This document shows, piece by piece, positions 36,856 to 48,792 of a stretch of DNA of 64,000 nucleotides. Under the pieces are notes generated by a model. It worked only from the letters and a program-made list of their open reading frames with translations, was not told the origin of the DNA and did no database searches. Made by a program: the position numbers and the translations under genes. Source of the stretch: Azolla caroliniana (Eukaryota; Plantae; Polypodiophyta); contig JBHGNT010000008.1 in the NCBI GenBank assembly GCA_043228905.1, positions 20,398,001 to 20,462,000 of the forward strand, given 5' to 3'. Positions within the stretch are counted from its first letter, which is position 1; each line of letters starts with the position of its first letter.

Positions 36856-39800
36856 CGATATAATTACTTTGTTCATACAACTATGCTCAGTAGCATTATT
36901 TATACAAGTCCTCGTGGGACTGACAGAAGTACCGCGTACTTTAATGCTCACACGAGCATCTGACACTTACTATGAGAGTATAATTGCCTAGTAATCTACA
37001 CTAACACTAGGCTTCCGATTACTGATTGGATCCGGCTAACCGGCTCCCAAGCTCACTGGCTCTGTTGCTTGCCGGCTCGGTTGCTCACAGCTTACCAATC
37101 CGTCTCACTTGCCGGCTCAGGCTTATTCAGCTGATACAACTCCAGTTGAGCTTGCCGCTCGACACTCCCCCTCAAGCTCAACTTGAGGTTGGATCCTAGT
37201 GTTAGTCTATGTGGCAGTCGGTTCTTCCAACCGACTTCTCCTGGCGTCGCTCCACCTTGCTCGCGCTCCATGTCCGGTTCGGTTTTGTTTGCCGCGACCC
37301 CTCTTGTTCTGCGTGCCTCGATCTTCTTGTTCGGTATGTCTGATCAATAGGCCCCTCTCAGCGCCTTCGCTGCTATGACTCCGGCGCTTGCCGATCCGTC
37401 GGTTCCTCCACGATGGCATCGACTTCCGCTACATCCGTGTCTGCTTGGCCTTGAATTGATCCGGTTCTTCTGAATCTGTCTGTTGAACCGAATCGACTGT
37501 CTCCGATTCGTTCCAACTGTTGTCCGAATCGGTTGCTTCCAATTTGTCTTTTGGTTCCAAGCCCTTCACCACATCGGACCATGTCTGGGTCTTGGCCTTC
37601 TTCCTTCGGTCGGCTCTGTCCTTCTTGACTCTGCTGCCTTCTGTTCTTCCCTCATCGGCGCAATCTGCAGTCTCTTTGCCTTTGCCCGTTCCGCTACATC
37701 CGTGCCTGTTCTCCCCCTCAAGTGTGGCACGTCGAGATGCTGAACACCAAGCATTTCGGTGAAGTGCTGCAACTTGTCTGAGCCGAGTTGTTTGGTGAAG
37801 ATGTCAGCAACTTGCCGATCTGTGTGAACATACCGAAGTTCAACCTCACCACTCAGGACACGCTCACGCACGAAGTGATAGTGCACTTCTATGTGTTTTG
37901 TGCGAGTATGGAATACGGGGTTCTTGGCGAGTTGCATGCTGCTTATGTTGTCGTAGTAGACCAGAATTGGGGTCAGTACCTCGATCCGTAAGTCTTGCAG
38001 CAGTCGCTGAAGCCAAATGGCTTCACAGGTGGCAATGGTAGCACCCCGATACTTAGCCTCAATGCTCGACAGAGCAATTGTTGGCTGCTTTTTGCTGCTC
38101 CACGCAACAACCGCGCTACCTAGGGAAAACATGTAACCAGAGGTTGATCGGCGATCTGATGCATCGCCGGCCTAGTCGGCATCCGTGTAACCGACGAGCT
38201 CTTCGGTTATACCTCGCCGGTACAACAGTCCCCGGTCCTTGGTGCCGCTGACATACCGCAATATCCGTTGCACGCACTGAAGGTGCTCCACGGTCGGCTT
38301 CTGCATGAACTGACTTATCATTCCAACCGGATAGCTGATGTCGGGTCGCGTGATAGTCAAGTAAATAAGGCTTCCGACAATTTGTCGGAACCGTTGCTCG
38401 TTGCAGGCTGGTCTGGAGTTGGGACGAAGCTTCTGGTTCTGGTCCAAGGGTGTGGATACAGGGCGGCATTCTGTCATGCCGAATTTGTACAACATATTCA
38501 AGACGTAATGTCGTTGTGAGAGCAATATGTTGTCCGAGGTTCGGAACACCTCGATCCCTAGAAAATAATGAAGGTCCCCCAGATCCTTCATCTCAAATGC
38601 GTCCGACAACTGGGACTTGACGCGGTTGATTTCTGGAACACCCGGTTCGGTGATGGCTAGATCATCAATATACAATAGTATACATACCGGACCGGCTGGG
38701 CCTTGAACAATGAAGAGTTCGATTTGGAGGCCACAAACCCCATCTTATGCAACCGGTGCGGGATCTTCGCATTCCAAGTTCGAGGGTCTTGCTTCAGGCC
38801 GTACAACGACTTCTTCAGCCGGCATACCACCGACTTGTTCATCTCCGATTGAAAACCGGGAGGCTGAGTCATAAAGACTTCTTCTTCAAGATCACCTTGA
38901 AGAAATGCATTCTTCACATCCATCTGATGAAGATCCCACCCCCTTGCCGCAGCAACCGCCAACACCACTCGAACCGTCATCATCTTCGCTACAGGAGCGA
39001 AGGTCTCGTCATAGTCGATTCCGTGGGTCTGCGCATATCCCTTCGCCACTAACCGGGCCTTGAACCGGTTAATTGAACTATCGGCGTTGTACTTTACTTT
39101 GTATATCCACTTGCATCCGATCGGTTTACAATGACGAGGAGGGTCAACCAGGTCCCATGTCTTGTTGACATCAAGTGCCCGCATTTCTTCCTCCATAGCG
39201 GCACGCCAATTTGCGTCCTTGGCCGCTTCTGCGTAGCTCTCTGGCTCACGCACTTCCGCCACCTTAGTCATGTACGCATAGTGATGCACCATGTACTCAT
39301 TGTACCCGTACCGCTTGACGGGATCCTTCTGGCGGGTGGACCGACATAACTCACCGTTACACTTCTTGGCCAGTTCGGTCTTCGTTGCCGAAGATCCACC
39401 TTTCTCCTTGCCAGAGTCGGACGTACACCGATCCGACTCATCATTGCCGGATTCAAATTCCTTCATCTTCTTCTTCCCCTTCTCTTTGCGCATGAGCCGT
39501 CTCCTCGGTTCCTTGCACAGGGAGTGCACGACAAAGTCTCCACTACTCGCCGGTTCCTCATCGGACTGGTCAGATTGACTCAGTCTCTCATTCAGCCCAC
39601 TCAACCGAAACGATTCCGAACTCTCCTCCTGAGTCCACGCTTCATCATCCTCTACCTAGGCCAGTTCAGGATCACTAGCCTCATCCACCGGCATCGGGTC
39701 AGATTCCGAAGTCGGAGTCAGTAGGGAGTACCACGATGCCGATTTATCAAACTCAACATCTCGAGTAATTCAGACTTGCTTTGTCCGGGGGTTATAACAC

Positions 39801-40898
39801 TTATAGCCCTTTTCCTCTTGAGCATAGCCGACTACGATGCATTTTTCCGATTTTGCAACCAACTTCCTCCGCTTCTCATCCGGTACATGCACAAATGCAA
39901 TGCTGCCAAAGATCTTAAGGTGTCTCAAATTCGGCTTCCGTCCGAAATACAGTTCGTGAGTTGACACCTTGTCACCGATCCGGTTCTGGATGTAGACAGT
40001 CATTCGGACTAACTCCGCCCAGTAGAATTTGGGCATGCTCTTCTCCTCCAGCATTGCCCTTGCCGCATCGATAAGCGATCGGTTCTTCCTCTCGGCAACA
40101 CCGTTCTGTTGCGGTGTGTATATGCAGCTGAACTCTCGTCGAATTCCCGTTTGCTACAGATAACTGTTGAATTGGCCGGAAAAGTATTCTTTCCCGCCAT
40201 CCGACCGCAGGCATTTGATCTTCCTCTCCGATTCCCGTTCCACCATGCTTTGGAGACTCCGGAAACACTCGAAGATTTCACTCTTACGCTCAATGAGGTA
40301 GATCCATGTGTGCCGCGTTAGTCGTCGATGAAGGAGACGAAATATCGACTCCCACCAAGACTAACATTCTGTGCCGGTCCCCACACATCCGAATGGATTA
40401 GGTCGAGCTTGTTACGGCTCCGGTTACGTTCGGTAGGGGATGGAAGCCGGTGTTGCTTTCTGAGTTGGCAAGCTTCACATACTTGAACTTCAGCAAACCG
40501 AAAACAACTTGTTTCGTTTGCAGGTCTTGAAGCCTCCGGTAGTTGACATGGCCTATCCGCTTGTGCCACAGGTCGATGTCTGATTCGATCTTCTGTCCTT
40601 TTGCAAACAAAGCAGTGCCGACGTCATTGGTGTCGAGGATAAACATCCTTCCGTCTCTGCGCCCTTGCGCAATAATTTGGCCCTCTTCCTCGATGAACCA
40701 CCCGAGGTGCGTAAACTGCACCGTCATCCCCTGGTCGACGATCTGTCCGACTGACACCAGGTTCTTCGTGATTGTCGAAACGTGTAATACGTTCCTCAGC
40801 TTCCCCTTCTATCCGACGTGGCTCAAAGGGACTTCTCCGACGTGCACGATTGGCTGACGAGTGTCGTCTCCAGTTTCGACTACTCCTGGTTGATCCGG

Positions 40899-43800
40899 TG
40901 TCGTGAAGAAAACCGTCCCTTAGCGCAATCGGTGCATAGCGCGCGCGAACCGGCTCTTCAAGCGTGCACGCCCTTTAATGTATATAATAGAGAATTAAGT
41001 ACGAAGGCATAGCCTAGGTAGTTAGATTCGGTAGGTAGGAAGTTAATGAGGGAAACGGCTCCCTTCTCGAAGCTATAAAAGAGAGGGAGACGCGGGGAGA
41101 GAGGGATCGCGCATTGAGGAGGACGAAGTGTTGTCGGACCGTAACCGAACGCTTCTCCTCTGTTCGTTCTTCATTGCTCTTCTCTGCAGGATTTCAGGAG
41201 GCTTGCACTGCTTCGAGGAACGCCCGTGTGCTTCTGGCAGCACCTCCATCCTATCCCCTTTCGTGCGCAGACGAACAAGCATCGAGATCTGTTCGCCGAC
41301 CTGTTCGGTTGGAACCTTTCGCGTGCTCTGTTGTTTTGTGTCATTTGTTAATATACAAACATTTGTGTCTCTCTGTCTCTGTGTCCATTCGTGTTTTCTG
41401 CATTGACGGGCCGTGTCCCTGTGTTTCTTTGCTCATACGTAACCGGTCGTCTCTCTCTTTCTCTTTCCCCTCCTATCACCTGCTCTTCGGTTCAAGACCC
41501 CGGTGATCCCGCCTCGTTTCTCCACGCACGCGCGTAACAACGCGACATATTTGGTGAACCTGACGTGAACAAGGCGGCAGAGGAGCAGAAGATGAGGGGG
41601 TCGGATCTTGCAGAGGCCATGGCTTCGGCCATGGACCGGATAGTGAGGGCGCGCAAGGGCACCGGCGCCCTTGACAGGGCTATTGAGGTGATCGTCGGTA
41701 CGATCGGCCGGTTCAGTGGAAAGGATGCCACGAGTTATTTGGCGTCCTACCGGGTGGAGATGTTGATGAGGGATATTCCGGAAGAGAGGCGTCTTGCTGG
41801 ATTCCTTCGAGTGGCGATGCCGGGCATCCATGCGGAGGTGCTGGAGGTCCGGGCGGAGAGCCGGACCTGGGAGGAGTTCGAAGGACGGCTCCTGGAGAAA
41901 TACAGGCTGGATGACGTGCTTCGACTTTCGAAGCGGGGCTTCATGGAGTGGGTGGAGTCCCCTAACAAAGGAAAAAATGTATCGGCACTCCTCCGGGAGT
42001 TTGAGGATCGCTTTGCACGCCTTTCGGCGCTCGATCGGACCGTTCTGGACACAAGTCGTGTCCTACTGTTTGTCAAATCGGTTGACGCACGGGATCGGGA
42101 GCAAGTGGGCTCCTTACTGGAAACCGAAGACGGGCTGACGGCCGACTGGGCCGCGGTAAAAAGAGTCTGCGGCCGTTTTGAAAAACGGTGGGAGTGGGCT
42201 GATACAGGGGCGACCGGGGCGGGTCTTGTCGCAGCAAGGAAGCTCGAACCGATACCGCAGGCGCGACGGGAAGAGACCCGGGAGTGGCTCGAAACCGGTT
42301 CAGCTTCAACCGGCGTGGTCAGAGGCTCGTCCGGGGGGACAACTTTGGAGGAGTTGACACAGGCGGTAAAGGATCTCCAGATCGCCCAGGCTCGGAGGGA
42401 AGGTGGCGAACAGGCTCGTGACCGACGGCCTCTGACAGGAAATAGGTGCATGTGGTGCGACGAGGTCGGCCACATCCGAAAAGACTGCGGGGACTTTGCG
42501 GAGGCTTTGAGAAGCCGGGTAGTGTACCTGTGGCAAGGTCGGGTGCATGCCAGCGATACCCGGAGGGCCCTGAACCGAAACGACAGGCGAGGAGGAATGA
42601 AAAGGCTGATGGAAGAGGCGACGGCCCGGCATGCGGAGACCGTCCACTACTCGGCGTCGGCCGGTATTCGGGTCGGTGGCAGCGAGGCCCGGAAGGAGAG
42701 CAAAGCCGGGTTCTGGCCAACGGTGCTGGAAGGCCTCGACGGTGCCCGACTAAAGAAAGACGAGGCAGACCGCGCGGAGAAGCGGGTCCAGGAGGTAACC
42801 GGGTGGAGTGACCCGGTCGAAGAAAAGATGGGTTTCGTCAAAGCAGCTTGCTAGAACTACGAGGCTCTGGTTGAAGACAAACGGGTAGGTAAAACCGGAG
42901 GGGCCGGACCCTCACAGAGATACAAAACCCGATTCAGGCCAAAACAGAACGAGGCCGGTGAGACCAATGCCCGGGATAACCACAAGAAGGGCGGATACCG
43001 GTTGGGCACGGAGATCGAAAGGACCACGGACCTACGAAAGGTCCTGGAAGAACGAATCCTCGACCGCAAGATGGAACTGTCGTTGCGGGAGGTGCTCGGA
43101 ATCGCCAAGAAGGAGTTCCACGACTCCATCGTAGACTTGGTGAAGAGGAAGAGGCTGTCGACGGAGACATAACCGGAAAGGCCGGTGGAGGTGCGGACGA
43201 CGCACATAGAGGACATGGCATTGGAAGACGAGTGGGCGGAGAGCCACTACTCGAGGCCACACTGGGCCCGAGTGACCACGGAAACCCCGGTGAAGATCGG
43301 AGATGTTCAGGAACCGGTGGTGGCATTGGTGGACCACGGTTCGGAAATAAACCTGATGTCCATGAACTTCTACAAGAAGGGGAAATGGCCAATCAACACC
43401 AAGCACGGGTGGAAGATACGGGCGGCGACGCACGGCACCGAGGAACTACACGGGGCCTGCCCAAACGTGCGAGTCAAGATCGGCGATGTCGAGATAGATC
43501 AACACTTCTTTGTGCAGGAGACGTCCTCGCACCCGGTCATACTGGGAGAACCGTACATTACGGCAGCGCGGATGGAGACCAACGTGCTGGACAACGGGCC
43601 GGCTTAAGCGAGGGTCAAGAGTCAGGACGGGCGTCATTCGGTCCAGTTCCTGATGGTGCGACTGAACCACGAGCGAAACCACGAGTCCCTCTGTGGCGAG
43701 AACCGAGAGGATTTTTAGAGAGGGCTGCCAAGGCGTGGGGCCGTGACAGTCCAGACACTCCGGGAAAACCCCACAAATGTACGATAGAGGCGAAACCGAA

Positions 43801-46800
43801 GAAACCTTGTACCATAAGTAGGAAGTTTTGTTTCTCCGACAACGGAGGGTGTACGATAGTTGGCGTCGTTGGCCGAGAAAAGACAAGGGCGGAAGAGCGA
43901 CTTCGGGCGTGCGGAGTTCTCGGGCCCAGCGAGGAAATCAACGGAGCCGTGGAGGCGGTCTCCTTCGACGATACCTTGGGAATACTGCGAGAGGTGGTCG
44001 GAGAGGGCCTTAAAGAGGACCGGGCGATACCGGTTTGTTCAGAAGAGATGTACGAAGTCATCACGGACTTCAGTCGAGGGCTCGAGTCGGAACGGACGGC
44101 CCGGGTTAACACGAAGTACAAGATTGTGGACCGGAAGGTAAGGCCAGTCGCGGCACCCTTACCGGAGGGCAGTGAGTTGCGAATCAAGGGGGTCGCGTCG
44201 AACCCTAGTTTACGAGATCCGGCCTGCATAGGACACGCCTTCACCGACAGAACGCTACGGGAGCTCAAAATTAGTGGGGGCGGGTTCCTACTGCCGGCGG
44301 AAGAAGACCGGTTTCGGAGAATGCTCAGAAGGCACGGGAAAGCCTTCACATTCTCACCGGGAGAGATCGGGTGCGTAGACCCGACAGTCGTGAAGCCGAT
44401 GGTGATATTCACAGTACCGCATGTGCCGTGGAATCTCAAACCAATTCCGGTACCGAGAGCTCACATCTCGGAGCTGATGGAGGTGTTGAGGCAGAAAATC
44501 GATATGGGCATCCTTGAACCGTCGAGTGCCCCGTACTCAAACCGGTGGTTTACCGTACCGAAGAAGAACGGGTCAACAGAGTGACCATTCGGAACGCAAG
44601 AATCGGACCAACGATAGACGAGTTCGCGGAAGCCTTCGCCGGAAGGTCGATCTACTCGGTCGGTGATTTGTACTCAGGGTACGATCAGTTCCAACTAGCC
44701 GTAGAGAGCAGAGACATTACGACGATGCAAACTCCTCTCGGCCTAGTGCGGATGTGTACCCTGCCACAAGGAGGGACAAACTTGGTGGCCCACATGGTGA
44801 ATGCGATGAACAACGTGCTGAGGGATTGTATCCCGGACATCACCATGCCATTCTTGGACGATATCCCGATCAAGGCATGTCTGGTGGAAGACAAGTACGA
44901 AACGATCGGACCGGACGGATGCCGGAAATTCGTGGCGACACACATTGACGACTGCGAGAGGGTGTTGCAGAGGCTAGAGGACGCGAGGCTCACCTTCTCT
45001 GGGGAGAAATTGGCCTTCGGGCAATCGGAGATCATGGTCGTCGGACATCTATGCGGACCGTATGGCCGGAAACCGTCTCCGGCTAAGGTAGAAGCCATCT
45101 CCGCAATGAAGCACGACTGTAACTCGGTCACGGAGGTACGGAGGTTCTTGGGAGCATGCGCTTCCTACCACATATAGATCCCGCATTACGCCCACGTTGC
45201 CGAGCCACTATACGGGTTGCTGAAAAAGGGGCGAAAATTCGAGTGGCGGGACGAGCATACGGAGTTGGTCCGAAAGATGAAGGAGGCTCTTGCTGCAGCT
45301 CCGGCACTCCGGAAGGCTGTCTACGAGAAAGGTACTCCCATCTACATGACGGTAGATACGATTCCGACCAGGATCGGATGGGTCGTCAACCAAGAAGATG
45401 AGGACAACATTCGGTTCCCAATCCTGTTCGACGTGAAGGTCCTCAGCGAGCGACAGCGAGGATACGCCCAGGTTAAACGCGAACTCTGGGGTATCGTTTC
45501 GGCGGTGAAGGCCGATAAAGACTATCTGATCGGGACAAAGGTGATTATCGAGCCGAACTGCCTTCCGATTCTCGGCATGGTTTCCGGATGCGCAACCCCG
45601 GACCTGGCAATGCTCAGGTGGATAGCGTACATTAAGTCCCTAGATCCGGAAATACGACACATTTCCGGGAAAGACAATGCCATGGCCGACATGCTTTCGA
45701 GGGCGAGATTCGACGACGAGGGCGGCATGGTTTCGGAGGACGAGGAAGTCGGCGTGGGCTTCTTCGAGGCGGCTTACGTAACAACCGAGGGGGGGAGCAC
45801 TCCGGCGCTTAACAATTTTAACGAGAGCAAGTACGATGGGGAGTGGCTGCAGATTGGAGAATTCTTAAGGACGATGACGCTAGACGCATCATGGACAAAG
45901 GACAAGGCCAACCGGATCCGGAAGAAAGCGTACCGATTCTTTCTCCAGGACAGATACTTGTGGAAGCACCCGAAGAAGAGAAACGACATCCCACTCCGAG
46001 TAGTGGCGATGAAGGAGGAACATGAGGAGTTACTGAAGGCCTACCACGACAGCCCCTGGGCTGGACACCGTGGAACGTGGGCCACGTTCGAGAAACTAAA
46101 GAGGAAGTACTGGTGGCCGGGGCTGTACCGGGACGTGCATCGGTTCGTGACAACTTGTGAGAGCTGTCAGATGCACTCCACAGTCCGACATTGGGACGAG
46201 CTTCACCCTACTTACCCTCCGGCCATCCATTTCAAATGGATGGTAGATTTGGTAACGATGCCGATGGGCGTAGGGCAGATGCGATATCTGGTGCTGGCCC
46301 GGGAGGACCTGACGAACTAGGTGGGAGGTCGAGACCTGCAGAACAAAACGACCGCGGCCATGTGTTGGTTCCTGATCGAGGACGTGATATGCCGGTACGG
46401 GTGCGTCGGGAAGATCGTGGCTGACCGTAGGGAGTTGGACGCCGAAGAGGCCGAGGAGCTGTTCGACCGGTTAGGGGTCAAGCTCTCGCTCACCACAGCA
46501 TACAATCCGGAGGCGAACGGGAAGGTGGAGCGCGGACACGGACCGATCGTCAAAGCGCTAGTCCGGGCGTGCGGAGGCCAGGTCGGGAACTAGCCACGAC
46601 GGTTACCTTATGCCTTGTGGGCGGACCGGACTACGCGTGCGGTTAGGTGGGGGCGGATGTCGTGAAGAAAATCGTCCCTTAGCGCAATCGGTGCATAGCG
46701 CGCGCGAACCGGCTCTTCACGCGTGCGCGCCCTTTAATGTATATAATAGAGAATTAAGTACAAAGGCATATCCTAGGTAGTTAGATTCGGTAGGTAGGAA

Positions 46801-47283
46801 GTTAATGAGGGAAACGGCTCCTTTTTCGAAGCTATAAAAGAGAGGGAAACGCGGGGAGAGAGGGATCGCGCATTGAGGAGGACGAAGTGTTGTCGGACCG
46901 TAACCGAACGCTTCTCCTCTATTCGTTCTTCATCGCTCTTCTCTGCAGGATTTTGGGAGGCTCGCGCTGCTTCGAGGAACTCCCGTGTGCTTCCGGCAAC
47001 ACCTCCATCCTATCCCCTTTCGTGCGCAGACGAACAGGCATCGGCATCTATTCGCCGGCCTGTTCGGTTGTAACCACTCGCGTGCTCTGTTGTTTTGTGT
47101 CATTTGTTAATATACAAACATTCGTGTCTCTCTGTCTCTGTGTCCATTCGTGTTTTCTGCGTTGACGGGCCGTGCCCCTGTGTTTCTTTGCTCATACGTA
47201 ACCGGTCGTCTCTCTCTTTCTCTTTCCCCTCCTATCACCTGGTCCTGCCTCGTTTCTCCACGCACACGCGTAACAACGCAACA
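40899..47283 (+). mobile_element. Ty3/gypsy element (tRNA-Trp-primed family) with both LTRs; integrase C-terminus deleted
   Basis: LTRs 40899-41547 and 46658-47283, TSD CCGG (40895-40898, 47284-47287), PBS TGGTGAACCTGACGTGAA 41552-41569, PPT AGGTGGGGGCGGA; gag with CMWCDEVGHIRKDC, DHGSEIN, FLDD, RNase H, HHCC integrase. Confidence 0.95.
43709..43752 (+). promoter_or_regulatory. Candidate -1 ribosomal frameshift signal (G GAU UUU UAG plus hairpin)
   Basis: The gag-protease frame stops at 43716-43718; pol continues in the -1 frame (FLERA); stem GGGCTG/CAGTCC follows. Confidence 0.6.
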
Positions 47284-48792
47284 CCGGTTTTTCCAAAAAG
47301 GAGAACCACTCTTTGTGGCTCGTCATGTGGTTCGACGCACCGGAGTCAACATACCAGACTTCCTACGATTTGGAAGTGGTCTTCTTCATCGAGTTCGCCT
47401 CGTGCTTCATCACCAAGGTTGGCTCGTTACCGTTCTTGGATCCTCCCGATCCCTCCGTGTAGTGCGAGCTTTGCCGTATCCGGATTTGTCTGAATTGGCT
47501 CGTTTTCTCCAGCACTCACTTTCTCTATGGCCCTTTTTGCCACAGTACCAACATTCCATTGCTGACTTCTCTTGCCGTCTTCCGGTGTCGCCATGACTCC
47601 CCCTGCCTGTGGAAGTCCCGGAACTGCTGTCGGCACGTTCTCTGTGCCTTCGTTGTTGCTCTTGCCAGCCGCCTCCATTGCATGCCAACCCGCCTCCGTG
47701 TATAGCATCTGGCTGTCAGTGGGGTCTCCTCTACAAGGAGCATCGACTGTAAGTCGAAAAATGATGGTGTATTCTCCCTTGGACACACCGCCGTTCGGAA
47801 CGCTTTGGATTTAGATGCCAAGCCCTCAAGACAGACCTGTACCATCTCGACTTCCTCTATGGTAATGTTCATAGAGGCAAGCGAGTCACAGATCTCTTTG
47901 ATCCGGGCCATGTAATTTGCCACCAACATGTCCTTCTGTCGGACATTGCTCAACTCCTGTCGGAGTTGCAACTTCCGGGCTGTAGTGCTCGCGGCGAAAA
48001 CCTTCTTCAGGTTCCCCCAAGCCTCCTTCGGCGTCTTGGCGTCTCGGATGTGGCTCAGCAGCTGGTCTCCGACACTAGACGTGAAACAGTACATCACTCT
48101 GCTTGCCGATTGTTCCCACACTGGGAAGTCCTTATGTGCCTCATCAGGTGCTGTTTCGTTGGCTCCTTCGACGAAACTCCAATAGTCATGCCCAAGCAGG
48201 TACTGGTGCATATTATACAATCAAGATGCATAGTTGGATCTATCGAGTTTCTCCACAGGGAGCAACCTAGCCATCCCTTTATCTGTCACTTCTTTGTCTA
48301 CTGTTTTACGACCTGTTAGGGTTTGCTTTCAAGCGTTTTTTGGCTGCAGAGGTTCTCAACCCTCGCACTCTGATACCATGTAAACGATTACTTGCGGAAG
48401 CGTTAGAAAATAGAGAAAGCAGGGAATACACAGAGTACGCGGGAGAGACAGAGAGAGCAGAACGCAAAAGCTATATTCAAAAACGATATAATTACTCTGT
48501 CCATACAACTATGCTCAGTAGCATTATTTATACAAGTCCTCGTGGGACTGAGAGAAGTACCGCGTACTTCAATGCTCACACGAGCATCTGACACTTACTA
48601 CGAGACTATAATTGCCTAGTTTTCTACACTAACACTAGGCTTCTGTTTACTGATTGGATCCGGCTAACCAACTCCCTAGCTCACCGGCTCTGTTGCGTGC
48701 CGGCTCGGTTGCTCACAGCTTACCGATCCGTCTCGCTTGCCGGCTTAGGCTTATTCAGCCGATCCGGCTCCAGTTGAGCTTGCCGCTCAACA

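Larger units (their letters stand above)
36853..48792 (-). mobile_element. Ty1/copia family B element, interrupted by the gypsy at 40899-47283
   Basis: 5' LTR 48379-48792, PBS TGGTATCAGAGT 48378-48367, truncated 3' LTR ~36853-37164, PPT TGAGGGGGAG 37174-37165; gag, CWYCGKKGHRESEC, WHKRIGHVN, HSDVWGP, RT, RNase H. Confidence 0.92.

Noticed and set aside
41747-44439. Long antisense ORFs (242 and 274 aa) in the gypsy
   Set aside because: Expected shadows of GC-rich gag-pol; no motifs and not seen in the sister element
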